A DNA stretch of 64,000 nt from a bacterium (GTDB lineage Bacteria; UBA8248). The stretch lies in assembly GCA_965204535.1 (NCBI GenBank), contig CBDBEV010000001.1, positions 704,001-768,000 on the forward strand, written 5' to 3'. The position numbers were made by a program, and so were the translations under genes. Below the pieces are notes generated by a model, which was given only the letters and a program-made list of their open reading frames with translations, made no database searches and was not told where the DNA came from. Positions within the stretch are counted from its first letter, which is position 1; each line of letters starts with the position of its first letter. Below, one piece after another: positions 18,037-27,680 of this stretch.

Positions 18037-21000
18037 TCATGGTGTTAGAACATCCCTGATTATGTCTGCAATGGCTTTGGCGTCAATCCCACCTACTTCG
18101 TTGTCCCGCGTAATAATTAACGTGCCCGCGCTACCACCTCCATCTTTATATGGGAGAATGCCAGCTTCACGGTAAGCATGTAACTTTCGCTGCCAGCGCG
18201 CCGCATATTCGGGGTTGTGGAGTAAACCGAGGTGTTCCCAATAATAGCGCGCACCAGTGTCATCATCGACAATGGTGAAGTCTGGATAGCGCGTTTTGCC
18301 GCTTGGCAAGGTAAGTGGTTCTTCGTATTCGTAACGATCAATCCCTTGAGCGAGGAGTTCGTTCGCAATAATGACCTCGGATTTGGATCGGACGAGATCG
18401 CCACGCTTGGTGCGATGGATGAGCCTTTCCTCGAGGAACTTCTCATTACCGTCGCTTTCTTGGAACCTGATGGGGTTGGGAGGTGCAAAGAGATTCGTCA
18501 GCCTGCGCGCGATGTCGGAATGATTGTCGTTTGCATATCGACGAAGATCACGCACATCTCCTTGGTGCAGGATGACAACGCGATCTTGTTGGCGTGTCAA
18601 CGCCGTGTACAACAGTTCCCGGGAGAGCAGCCAACATGGGTTGGGTAGCACGACGAAGGTGATTCCAAACTCGCTTCCTTGCGTTTTATGTACTGTCAGC
18701 GCATACGCAAGTTCAAGGGGTGGTGCTCCTTTCTCGCCGTCGAACTCCCAAATCCGAAAGTCGTAGTCATGACCTGGTTGCGATGTAAACTCCACCTCTA
18801 GGAATGGAAACAGTTTTTTTTGTTTCTTGGTTTTGTAATTACCTACAACGAGGCCGACATCCCCGTTAGCAACATAAGGGGTTCGGTCAGGTTCAGGATA
18901 TACTCTACGTTTACTGCTATTCTGCAAATTTATAACTTTGTCGCCATAGATGATCCCTTGGGGACCAATAGGACTGTTAATTTTACGCTGCCTGTTATAC
19001 GAAGTCGCCCGAGATAGCCATGTCCTGCGAAATGTTTGCTGTACAATCCGGTTCAGGGCAGCAACACCATGTTCTGCGCCACGCACAGGCGAGATGATCT
19101 GCCATCGTTCAGCCTTAGGCGAATCATCTACATTCTGACTCCGCCAGAAGAAAGTCCCATTATTGAACATGGTTGCACCCAGACTACACTCGAAGCCTAC
19201 TTCGTCGTCTGGACCGTCGAGACCGAGTTCCTTGACAATTAATGTGAGTAGCTTCTCCTGAAGATCCACTCCGTTAATCCAAGACTCGAAGTAGATATCA
19301 GTCATTGTCTCTGTTGTAAGCCGATCCCATATCTCGTCTGCTGCGGGATCCGGATCGCCTCCGAACCAGTTAGCTAACAGAAGGTCTGCACGTCTCGTTC
19401 CTTGCTGGCGGCGAGGAATGATGAGTTCAGCATAGCCACGACCAACCCTCGGGAAGCGGTGCTCAATACCCTCGGGCTTGAGTTCCTTTACGATGTCCAC
19501 AAAGGGACGACCACTTCCGATGGGAGGAAGTTGACGATGATCCCCTACGAGCACCAAGCGATCAACGCCGCTCAGACCGTCGAGCAAAGCGGCAAGTTGC
19601 TCTTCAGTCAGCATAGAGCATTCGTCCACAATCACGGTCCTGTAGTCACTGCAACGATTTGAACTACCGGTTACAATGTAACGACCCGTTTCAGGATCAT
19701 ATCGGTCACCGTAACGCATCAGGAACTGTGCGATCGTAAATCCGTTGCCTACTTCAGTCTCGGTTTCGAGTTGGACACGGGCTTTGCCAGTAGGTGCCAA
19801 CAACAGAACTCCACCTAGGGCGACATCTTCCAGTTCGCAAAGCATCTTCAAAAGAGTTGTTTTCCCAGTACCTGCTGCACCGATAAGTACGGAAAATCTT
19901 GATGCAAAGAGTTCTTCAAGAGCAGCGGCCTTCTCGCATCGCGCTTGAGCTTCGATCTTCGCCTCATCGGAGTCGGTCGGTAAAGCATCCAAAGCCTGGT
20001 TTATCACTGCAGAGTAGTCGTATTTGCCACAATGTCTTTGACTCTTGGGGCCTATGCGCTTGAGCACGGTGCGCTGGATCAGCTTGGCCGTGTCGGCCAA
20101 TCGCTGAAGCTGGTAGCCTATCTTGCCATTCGCTATCTCTATGGTTTCAATAGCTCCATCCAAAAAATCTTCAAGGCCGGTAAATATTTCTGGCCCTAGT
20201 GGGCAATCGGTATCGAGTGGCATGTTGTTGATAAGCGACCTTAACCATGCCCGTGGCAATAATGTGTGCCCCTGCTCAGTTCCTTGCTCGAGTGCGGCAA
20301 CCATGAGAGCGCGCACACGGCGGGGATCAACTTTGTCCTCGAGTCGCGTGCGTTCAGGTAGAGGATGCGCTTCGATAACCACACGATCCGGTAACATGCC
20401 GCGGTCGATGGTCATTAGCGAGATATGGTCGACCGTCGTACGGTCGAGTTCGTATAAGAGATAGGGGTTCGCAATTAGCGATGCGTCGTCTACGTCGGTC
20501 TCTCTTTTTTCGGGGTCGAAGAACCGAATCACTTGGTCGGTATCTAGTGAGAAACGACTGAGTAGCTTTAGTAATTCTTTTCGTTTTTCAGTCATGGAAA
20601 GCCATGCCCGAGAGAATCCTTCTCCAATTAGTTCTTTGGCCGCACCGGTCGCTGTGCTGGGAGTTTGCATGATGCGTTCAAAGGTAGGCCACGGATCGAT
20701 ATTCCTGTCGTTGCTTCCTTTTGTGCATTCGTCAGCGATCTCGTAGGCAACGAGACTTCCTCCGTCGCCTAAGAATGCCGAAAGAGCCGACCCGAAGCCC
20801 GGGAATGGACCTCTCATGCGCCACAACCGATTTAGTTGCTGGTCGAGCCACGCAGATGCCTGTGTCCAAGGTCCAGTTAGGACGGCTTGAATTCGTTCTA
20901 GGGCGCGAAGACAGTTCAATACAGTTGCGATGGCGTGATCGTGCGACACATGCTCTGATCCGTACGAGAAACTCCAAAAGGCATCATCAGGAGCAAAAGC

Positions 21001-21789
21001 AAGAAACTGCTCTGGGTCAATACCTTTTTCAAGCGCGAGATCGAACAGCTCTTGATATGGAAAGAGGAAACCTTCTTTAAAGCCCGGTCGAATGGAATGC
21101 TCAACATTGCGTTCCCAGAGTACACTGCGGTGAGGCGGGTTCGGTGTCGAATACTGATATTCGACGTGCTCATCGACTGCTCGTACTATGCCTATACCCA
21201 CGATTACTCGTCCAGCGGATACCGACAGTGGAGTGTCCTTCGCATAGAAGAAGCAGAGCGATTCCTCGGGGCGGATAGCACCGAAAAACGTGTCGAGCAT
21301 GACGAGTTGGTTGGAGCGCTCTTGTATCCAATCTGTATCAAACCCAAGGTCGGGTTCGCAATCAGGTTGGAAACCCAAATTATAGCACTCGACAAAGTTT
21401 GAGCTTTCCTTCGTCAACATCCAACGATATGGCACACAAGCAGCGCTATAAGGGCGCATGGTGTAGGGTGTCGGAAGGAAGTGCCCATACGATTCCGGAT
21501 TACGCTCGACATAGGGATGCTGTTTGATGTCCGTTAGTGGGAAAGGAGCCATGAAGTTCATACGCTCGGCGATGCATGGGGGCAATTGGTCGGGTGCCAG
21601 ATTTTCGATAGATTTACCAGCCAAAGTTACTTCTGCTTTGTCGTCTTTCATCTCCGCGACTCTCGGCAGTATACGGCAAGCCATGTTGCTCGCAGGTTTG
21701 TTGCAGATTGTTCCAGCCCAGCCAGCATCATGCCATGGTACTCGAATCGAAAGGTGCTGAATTGGAAGCTTGCGTGCTCCCGCAATCAT
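18037..21789 (-). CDS. RecD2-like SF1B helicase with large N-terminal domain and C-terminal Vsr/DUF559-like nuclease
   Basis: GAAGTGKT, LLLAPTGKA, VIVDECSM, LVGDHRQLPPIGSG, AYALTVHKTQGSEF, ELLYTALTR; C-terminal VRSKSEVIIAN..YEYE..YPDFTI..YWEHLG; visibly lower GC than its flanks. Confidence 0.88.
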   Translation of the reverse strand: MIAGARKLPIQHLSIRVPWHDAGWAGTICNKPASNMACRILPRVAEMKDDKAEVTLAGKSIENLAPDQLPPCIAERMNFMAPFPLTDIKQHPYVERNPESYGHFLPTPYTMRPYSAACVPYRWMLTKESSNFVECYNLGFQPDCEPDLGFDTDWIQERSNQLVMLDTFFGAIRPEESLCFFYAKDTPLSVSAGRVIVGIGIVRAVDEHVEYQYSTPNPPHRSVLWERNVEHSIRPGFKEGFLFPYQELFDLALEKGIDPEQFLAFAPDDAFWSFSYGSEHVSHDHAIATVLNCLRALERIQAVLTGPWTQASAWLDQQLNRLWRMRGPFPGFGSALSAFLGDGGSLVAYEIADECTKGSNDRNIDPWPTFERIMQTPSTATGAAKELIGEGFSRAWLSMTEKRKELLKLLSRFSLDTDQVIRFFDPEKRETDVDDASLIANPYLLYELDRTTVDHISLMTIDRGMLPDRVVIEAHPLPERTRLEDKVDPRRVRALMVAALEQGTEQGHTLLPRAWLRSLINNMPLDTDCPLGPEIFTGLEDFLDGAIETIEIANGKIGYQLQRLADTAKLIQRTVLKRIGPKSQRHCGKYDYSAVINQALDALPTDSDEAKIEAQARCEKAAALEELFASRFSVLIGAAGTGKTTLLKMLCELEDVALGGVLLLAPTGKARVQLETETEVGNGFTIAQFLMRYGDRYDPETGRYIVTGSSNRCSDYRTVIVDECSMLTEEQLAALLDGLSGVDRLVLVGDHRQLPPIGSGRPFVDIVKELKPEGIEHRFPRVGRGYAELIIPRRQQGTRRADLLLANWFGGDPDPAADEIWDRLTTETMTDIYFESWINGVDLQEKLLTLIVKELGLDGPDDEVGFECSLGATMFNNGTFFWRSQNVDDSPKAERWQIISPVRGAEHGVAALNRIVQQTFRRTWLSRATSYNRQRKINSPIGPQGIIYGDKVINLQNSSKRRVYPEPDRTPYVANGDVGLVVGNYKTKKQKKLFPFLEVEFTSQPGHDYDFRIWEFDGEKGAPPLELAYALTVHKTQGSEFGITFVVLPNPCWLLSRELLYTALTRQQDRVVILHQGDVRDLRRYANDNHSDIARRLTNLFAPPNPIRFQESDGNEKFLEERLIHRTKRGDLVRSKSEVIIANELLAQGIDRYEYEEPLTLPSGKTRYPDFTIVDDDTGARYYWEHLGLLHNPEYAARWQRKLHAYREAGILPYKDGGGSAGTLIITRDNEVGGIDAKAIADIIRDVLTP

Positions 21790-21900
21790 GTATGTCTCCC
21801 TCAGTTCATTACTTAAATTCAGTTAGTATCTTTTGCTTCGATCATAACTGATTCACTGCTGTCCAGCGATCTAGGTTTCGCTTTTTTGTGAAGGAACGTT

Positions 21901-22002
21901 ATAGGAAATACCAGCGCGCTGTTCATCGTCGTGGAGAGGATGGTGAACGGCAAGGACATGCGCGCGCAGTTGCTTGAGAAGATCGGCGCGGCGGGTGGGT
22001 GA
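21901..22002 (+). pseudogene. 3' remnant of a gene, resembling the C-terminus of type III restriction (Res) subunits
   Basis: Open frame ...ALFIVVERMVNGKDMRAQLLEKIGAAGG-stop with no start codon; family resemblance is from recall and unverified. Confidence 0.35.
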
Positions 22003-22049
22003 TGTTCTGGTCCGGCAATCGCTCCCGCAACCGCCTCCGTCGTCATCTC

Positions 22050-22222
22050 TGGATTCCGGCCTTCGCCGGAATAACGACCCAAAGCGAGTTCGACGCGCAT
22101 TCTCTGATCGGGTCGCGTCGAACCCCTCTTGCCTGGAAAAGCAACCCCCCCTACCCCCCCTTGTCAGGGGGGTATGAAAAGGCAACGCCCGCCGCCGGTA
22201 GGGGGGCTTTTTAGGCACCCCC
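22050..22222. repeat. REP hairpins: TGGATTCCGGCCTTCGCCGGAAT and a family A half-element
   Basis: Match to 48108-48133 and 48224-48249, and to the 14121/52584 elements. Confidence 0.75.
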
Positions 22223-22435
22223 TCTCCAGCCGGATTCGATTCCGCACCTTCCGTCCGGGGATTCATCCCTCGCGCGGGGATCGCATTTCCCCGTATTTGC
22301 CGTCGGGGGTTTTCGCGTCGATGGGGCTATGCTGGAGAGGCCGCCCGTTTGCTTTTGGTTTTTCACGCGGTGAAGCGCTCATCGCTCCCTCCCGGCATCC
22401 GGGCGAAATTCTTCACGTCTCGTTCGAAATCGACC

Positions 22436-22690
22436 CGCATTTGCCCGCATTTCCCGTCGCGCTGCCCGGGGCGCGAGCGCGTATGATGGCGAAGCCGGGC
22501 GGTTTCGTTCGAGAAAATGGAATTTCCGTAAATTTCGATAAAATTAGATAAATTAACGGGGTTTTTCGATAAATTGACGGGGTATTTCTGAAAATTAAAT
22601 TCTCGGGAAATGACGCTGCGGAATCGGGGCGCAGGGGAATTCTGCCACGATCGGCCGGCCCGGCCATGACGGCAAATGCGGGCAGTTGCG
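22436..22690. mobile_element. ~255-bp MITE-like element, copy 1 (inverted copy at 34432-34676)
   Basis: Imperfect 23-bp TIRs CGCATTTGCCCGCATTTCCCGTC / GACGGCAAATGCGGGCAGTTGCG, AT-rich core, colinear with the reverse complement of 34432-34676; solo TIR at 22282-22304. Confidence 0.75.
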
Positions 22691-22795
22691 GGGGAGGAAA
22701 TCCCTCGGGCGCGCTTTGCACCGGCGCGCGGGTATTGTAAGAATACGGGTGGCCGCAAGGGCCTGATTTTCTTGAGTTTCCTGGGAGAGGCGGAT

Positions 22796-23491
22796 ATGGC
22801 GCGGCGCATGATTCTGGTGTTGACACTTGGCGTTCTCGCCGGCCTGATGGCCGCGCCCGCGTGGCGGTGGCTTGAGAGAAGCCTTTTCGAGAGCCTGCCC
22901 GTATATTCGCAACTGCCTGATTTTACGCTGGTTGACGCATCGGGCCGGGCGTTCGCGAGAGAGCGCCTGAAGGGCAAAGTCTGGGTGGCCGACTTCATCT
23001 ACACGCGGTGTGAGGATACCTGCCCCCTCCAGAGCGTCGAGATGCGCAGGCTGCAGGGGGCGTTCGCCGCACACCCGGATTTCCGGCAGATATCCATCAC
23101 CACCGACCCTGCTTTCGATAAGGCGGAGCGCCTCGCGGCCTATGCGCGAAAGTTCGCCGCGGACAGGGCGCGCTGGTTTTTCCTCACGGGCAAGGAAAAG
23201 GAAATCAAGGACTTGGCGCTCAAGGGTTTCCGGCTGAGCTATGCGACGAAACAAGCCATGCGCTTGCCCGGTTCGGTCGGCGGGCGGTTCTTCCGGCTTC
23301 TTTTGCCCCATGCGCACGCGCATCACCCCGGGCATCAGGAGGGGGGAAAGACGCCGGGAATCCTGATCTCCCACAGCTCGCGCTTCGTGCTCATCGACAG
23401 GAACTTCACCATTAGAGGCTATTACCACAGCAACGACGCGGAATCTCTCGAGAAGTTGAGGAAGGATTTGAGGGTCCTGCTAAACAGTTGA
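22796..23491 (+). CDS. SCO1/SenC copper chaperone
   Basis: N-terminal TM anchor, FIYTRCEDTCP (CxxxC), ISHSSRFVLID conserved His. Confidence 0.92.
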   Translation: MARRMILVLTLGVLAGLMAAPAWRWLERSLFESLPVYSQLPDFTLVDASGRAFARERLKGKVWVADFIYTRCEDTCPLQSVEMRRLQGAFAAHPDFRQISITTDPAFDKAERLAAYARKFAADRARWFFLTGKEKEIKDLALKGFRLSYATKQAMRLPGSVGGRFFRLLLPHAHAHHPGHQEGGKTPGILISHSSRFVLIDRNFTIRGYYHSNDAESLEKLRKDLRVLLNS

Positions 23492-23503
23492 TTTATTTGC
23501 CGG

Positions 23504-24364
23504 TTACGTGGTTTCCATCTCTGCGATCATCTCGGCGTAGCCCTCCCGGTAGGACGGATAGAGAAAGCGGTAGCCGCTCGCCTTGAGTCTTGCGTTCGAG
23601 CATCGCTTGTTCGTCGCCGCGCGCGCGGAGGGGGCTTCGCCGCCCGCGGCTTCGCGCGGTCGCGGGACGCCCAGCCGCTCCGCCAGCCAATTCAATACCT
23701 TGCGGCGATCCGCAGGCTCATCGTCGACGCCGACGTATATCTCATCGGGCGCATCCATCTTCATCAGGTGAGCGAGTACGCCCGCGCAGTCATCGCGGTG
23801 GATGCGGTTCGTGAAGCGGGGGGGGCCCTCAGGGACTTCGGCCTGCCCCGCACGGACGGCGTCTATCAGGCGCGTTCGGCCGGGACCGTAAATGCCTGAA
23901 AGTCTTAGGATTGTGGCGGGATGGCCGCTCTCCAGAAATGCGCGCTCGCCTTCGAGCAGGATGCGGCCCGAGTAATGGGTGGGCTGCGTGGGGGATTCCT
24001 CGTCCACCCGGCCGCCGTCTGTTTGCCCGTAGACGGCCGTGCTCGAGGTGAAGAAGATTCGCCTGGGCCTTTCTCCTTTTTTATCAATGGCTTCCAAGAG
24101 GTTTCTCGGGCCTTCCGCATACGCCGCCCGGTAGCCGGCCTCGCCGCCTCCTCCCGAAGAGAGGGTGTAGAAGATGAAATCGAGGCCCTCGGGGAGGAGT
24201 TTGCCCAGGTCCTTGTCGTGGATGTCGGCCCTTAACGGCTTGATGGATTCGGGCAGGCTTTCGGGGTTCCGGCGCATGCCCCGGACGTGATGGCCCTCCT
24301 CGGCGAGCTTCGCTCCGAGCGCAACGCCGACATAGCCGCAACCCACGATGAGAACGTTCGCCAT
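23504..24364 (-). CDS. NAD-dependent epimerase/dehydratase (atypical SDR, YeeZ-like)
   Basis: GCGYVG, FTSSTAVYG, LRLSGIYGPGR, NRIHRDD. Confidence 0.9.
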   Translation of the reverse strand: MANVLIVGCGYVGVALGAKLAEEGHHVRGMRRNPESLPESIKPLRADIHDKDLGKLLPEGLDFIFYTLSSGGGGEAGYRAAYAEGPRNLLEAIDKKGERPRRIFFTSSTAVYGQTDGGRVDEESPTQPTHYSGRILLEGERAFLESGHPATILRLSGIYGPGRTRLIDAVRAGQAEVPEGPPRFTNRIHRDDCAGVLAHLMKMDAPDEIYVGVDDEPADRRKVLNWLAERLGVPRPREAAGGEAPSARAATNKRCSNARLKASGYRFLYPSYREGYAEMIAEMETT

Positions 24365-24393
24365 GACGGGCCTGATCTTTGAAATCGCTCGAC

Positions 24394-25242
24394 TTAGGGC
24401 GCTTCGAGCGAGGGAACCTGGCCGCGGAAGATGCTCTTCAAATGGTGCGGCATGACGCGCAGCCCGGCGTAGAAGGGGCCGAACTCGCCATACCAGACGC
24501 TGGCCTCATCGAAGCGCATCTCGTATACGAGGCGCTTGAAGACGAGCGGGTCTTCCGCGAACAGGTATACGCCCCACTCCCAGTCGTCGAAGCCGATGCT
24601 GCCCGTGATGATTTGCTGGACGCGGCCGGCGTAGCGTCTGCCGACGAAGCCGTGCTCGCGCATCATCTGCTGGCGTTCCTCGATGGGCAGGCCGTACCAG
24701 TTCTTCTCCTCGCCCCGGCGCTTGTTCATCGGGTAGAAACACAGATATCTCGTCCTGGGGATGTCCATGTAGAGACGCTCTTTCATGCGCTCGCGCTGGC
24801 TGTCCATCTCTTCGGCCCATTTCGATTTCCACTCGTCGCTTCCGGGTTCGAGACCCTCATCCACGAACCGGGCGTGGAGCTTCACGGTCATCTCATACAG
24901 GCCGAGCTCCAGGAACGAGAGGTAGGAGGTGGTCTCATCCATATATTCCGCCAGCGCCAGCCGCCGCAGCCCCAATTCGACTTCATTCAGCGCATCGAGC
25001 GTGGGTCTGAAATGAAGAAACAGCAAATCTCCCTTGTGCCCCAGCAGGCTGAAGAGTGCGCTCTCGCCGGATTCGGGCCGGGCGACCGAGGCGAAGTATT
25101 CCGTCGCTTCATCCAGGATGCGGTGCCTCCGGGCGCTCTCCAGGCGGTTCCAGGCGGGCCAGTTCACCCGGAAGATATGATGCAGAATGGCCCACCCATC
25201 GAGCGTTTCGGGCATTTTGGCGTCTTTTAAGTTCGGATTCAC
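24394..25242 (-). CDS. chdC: Coproheme decarboxylase ChdC/HemQ (chlorite dismutase-like family)
   Basis: ETLDGW..LH, CFYPMNKRR, NWY.LP.EER..MM.EHG, GSIGFDDWEWGV, YEMRFDE.S..YGEFG. Confidence 0.85.
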   Translation of the reverse strand: MNPNLKDAKMPETLDGWAILHHIFRVNWPAWNRLESARRHRILDEATEYFASVARPESGESALFSLLGHKGDLLFLHFRPTLDALNEVELGLRRLALAEYMDETTSYLSFLELGLYEMTVKLHARFVDEGLEPGSDEWKSKWAEEMDSQRERMKERLYMDIPRTRYLCFYPMNKRRGEEKNWYGLPIEERQQMMREHGFVGRRYAGRVQQIITGSIGFDDWEWGVYLFAEDPLVFKRLVYEMRFDEASVWYGEFGPFYAGLRVMPHHLKSIFRGQVPSLEAP

Positions 25243-25649
25243 AGTTTGCTCCCGCAGGATGACGTGTGTCGGCTAAGCGCCGCTTTTCCAAAGAGATACC
25301 CCAGAGTCCGCCGTGTTGCAAACATCGCGGCTTCGGAGTCGTTCGATCTGCCGGGAAAGGTTTGCGTCTTCTGGCGGCTGGATTTGCGCTTTCTTTCGTA
25401 GCAGGATTCGACCCGATGACACAATGGATTCAGGCGAATTGACAGGTCGACCATCCAGAGGGTTGACTTAATTTGAAAGGTGGATTACTTGAGTGGAGCA
25501 GGTTTGATTTCCTGGCGGTTCCGATTTGATTAGAAGTCAATTTTAGAGGTCCTGCATCTGAAGCCACCGATATCGTGTGCGAATGATTGCGCGCACGCTT
25601 TTTGAAAACAGTTGCTGCCAACCTGAAAAATAATTTGAGAGGAGTAGGC

Positions 25650-26390
25650 ATGGTTCCCAAACGCTTTCCATTGTGCTGGATGTTTGCGGTGTTGTTGAGC
25701 ATCGCATTGGCTGGCTCCGCGGACGCTTATAAAGCAGGCAAGGTAAGTGGCGGCGGTTCGATTACAGGGGCAATCAAGTTCGACGGCGCGGCCCCGAAAC
25801 TAAAAACGTTGTCCGTGAATAAAGACAAGAAAGTTTGCGCAAAAAAACCGATCAAGGATGAGAGTCTGGTCGTGAAAGACGGCGGCGTGGTATGGGCCGT
25901 CGTGTCCTTGAAGGGTGTGAAATCCGGCAAGAAATGGTCGAAGAGCCAGAAAAAAGCGACGATGGACCAAAAAGGATGCGTGTACCTTCCCCGCGTGGTC
26001 GTAATGAAACCAAAGACGAAACTGTTGATGAAGAACAGTGACAAAATTCTCCACAACGTTCACACCCACCCTGGCAAAACGGGGAACTCGGTAGCCAATA
26101 TCGCGCAGCCCAAGTTCAAGAAAAAACTGAGAATGTCGACCCGCTATTTCAAGAAGCCCGGCATCATGAAAGTGACCTGTGACGTTCATGACTGGATGAG
26201 GGGCTATATCGTCGTGGCGGATAATCCCTATGTCGGCATCACGGGCTCCGGGGGGAAATTCGAGATCAAAGATGTTCCCGCAGGCTCTTATACCCTCGAG
26301 ATTTGGCACGAGGTTTTGGGAAAGAAATCCATGAAAGTGTCTGTAAAAGGTGGTGCTGCCACGGCAGTGAACGTAACGCTGAAAAAATAA
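25650..26390 (+). CDS. Exported Lys-rich protein with cupredoxin-like and carboxypeptidase-regulatory-like domains
   Basis: Signal peptide, DQKGCVY.P, HNVH, CDVHDWM, DVPAGSYTLEIWHE; AGGAG RBS before ATG 25650. Confidence 0.75.
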   Translation: MVPKRFPLCWMFAVLLSIALAGSADAYKAGKVSGGGSITGAIKFDGAAPKLKTLSVNKDKKVCAKKPIKDESLVVKDGGVVWAVVSLKGVKSGKKWSKSQKKATMDQKGCVYLPRVVVMKPKTKLLMKNSDKILHNVHTHPGKTGNSVANIAQPKFKKKLRMSTRYFKKPGIMKVTCDVHDWMRGYIVVADNPYVGITGSGGKFEIKDVPAGSYTLEIWHEVLGKKSMKVSVKGGAATAVNVTLKK

Positions 26391-26406
26391 TCCCAAACCA
26401 GACATG

Positions 26407-26440
26407 AAAAAGCGGCGGTGAAAGAACCGCCGCTTTTTTT
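26407..26440. terminator. Bidirectional rho-independent terminator
   Basis: AAAAA-GCGGCGGT-loop-ACCGCCGC-TTTTTTT between convergent genes. Confidence 0.85.
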
Positions 26441-26460
26441 GTGTTTGATTTTGAGCTTTT

Positions 26461-27648
26461 TTATCCCTTTTTTCTGCCTGCCGCGATTGCGGATATTGCA
26501 TTTGCAATCGAGTCCATTTCTCCTTCCGTGTTCAAATAATGAATGGAAACCCTCACGGCGGGAGGCTCCGTGACCACTGCCCGGAGAATGATTTGGTGTT
26601 TTCTGTATAGCCTGTCCACTACGTTTTGAGATTCGACGTTTTTCATCCGAAAAGAAACCAGACCAGACTGAGCCTCGCCTTCAGGCGTACTGACTTCAAC
26701 ATTCTCGAGCCCACGGATTTGCGACATCAGGCGATTCGCCAGCGCGAGAATTCTTTTTTCGATGGATACGGGTCCTGTTCTCTTGAAGTGTTCGACCGCA
26801 GCACGGAATCCCAGGAAACCGGGTGTATTGAGCGTGCCGACTTCATAGCGCATCGCGCTCGTCTCAGGGGTAAACGACAGGGTTTTTAATCTCTTTTTTT
26901 GCGCCGAGCGAAAACTTGCGGATGAAAGCTGAATCTTTTTGCCTGCCCCGCGCCTTATATACACGGCGCCCGTGCCGTCCGGACCCATCAGCCACTTCTG
27001 GCCGGAAATGGTGTAGACATCTACGCCGGTGTCTTTGATTTTGACTGGTATGTGTCCTACGGACTGGGCGCCGTCCACGATGAGGAGGGCGCCTGCGGAG
27101 ACGCAAATTCGCCCGATTGCTTCGAGAGGGAGTCTCCTGCCATTTAGCCACGAAATATGACTCACGCAAACCACCCTTGTTTTTGGCGTGATGGCCTTTT
27201 CCAGGTTTCGGAGAAGCTCCTCGTCATTTTGACCGGTTTTGAATAGTTTCACCTTGATGGGATTTCTCTTCCGCCATACCAACCAGGGCAGGTAGCCGCC
27301 CGGATGCTCCAAATCCGAGACGAGCACCTCGTCTCCTGGATCCCAGTTTAGTCCTGCAGCCGCTATGTTGATTCCGACCGTCGTATTGTTTGTCAGGGCG
27401 ATTTCCGAGGTTTCGGCGCCGATGAGTTTCGCGCAGCTCTCTCGGGTGCGCTGCAGGGCCGTGGTGGTTTCATTCCTGATTTCCGGGTGAAACGAGCCGA
27501 GTTCCAAGTCGCGTTTCGTGAACTTGTCCATTTCACGAAGAATCGATTTCGATGATGGCCCTCCGCCACCCCAATTCACGTAAATTTGATTTCTCAGGGC
27601 CGGGACATCGGAACGCAGCCGTTTGATTTTGCTCTTATCGAGAGGCAT
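26461..27648 (-). CDS. Class V PLP enzyme, cysteine/cystine lyase (C-DES)-like
   Basis: YVNWGGGGP, DLEHP, VDGAQSVG, SGQKWLMGP (PLP Lys), RYEVGT; no catalytic-Cys loop in the C-terminal domain. Confidence 0.85.
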   Translation of the reverse strand: MPLDKSKIKRLRSDVPALRNQIYVNWGGGGPSSKSILREMDKFTKRDLELGSFHPEIRNETTTALQRTRESCAKLIGAETSEIALTNNTTVGINIAAAGLNWDPGDEVLVSDLEHPGGYLPWLVWRKRNPIKVKLFKTGQNDEELLRNLEKAITPKTRVVCVSHISWLNGRRLPLEAIGRICVSAGALLIVDGAQSVGHIPVKIKDTGVDVYTISGQKWLMGPDGTGAVYIRRGAGKKIQLSSASFRSAQKKRLKTLSFTPETSAMRYEVGTLNTPGFLGFRAAVEHFKRTGPVSIEKRILALANRLMSQIRGLENVEVSTPEGEAQSGLVSFRMKNVESQNVVDRLYRKHQIILRAVVTEPPAVRVSIHYLNTEGEMDSIANAISAIAAGRKKG

Positions 27649-27680
27649 TTTTCATTCCTTATAAAGGGAATAAAGGGATT

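Noticed and set aside
25526-25540. FNR/CRP-like box TTGATTAGAAGTCAA
   Set aside because: Spacing is N5 rather than the canonical N4; too weak to call
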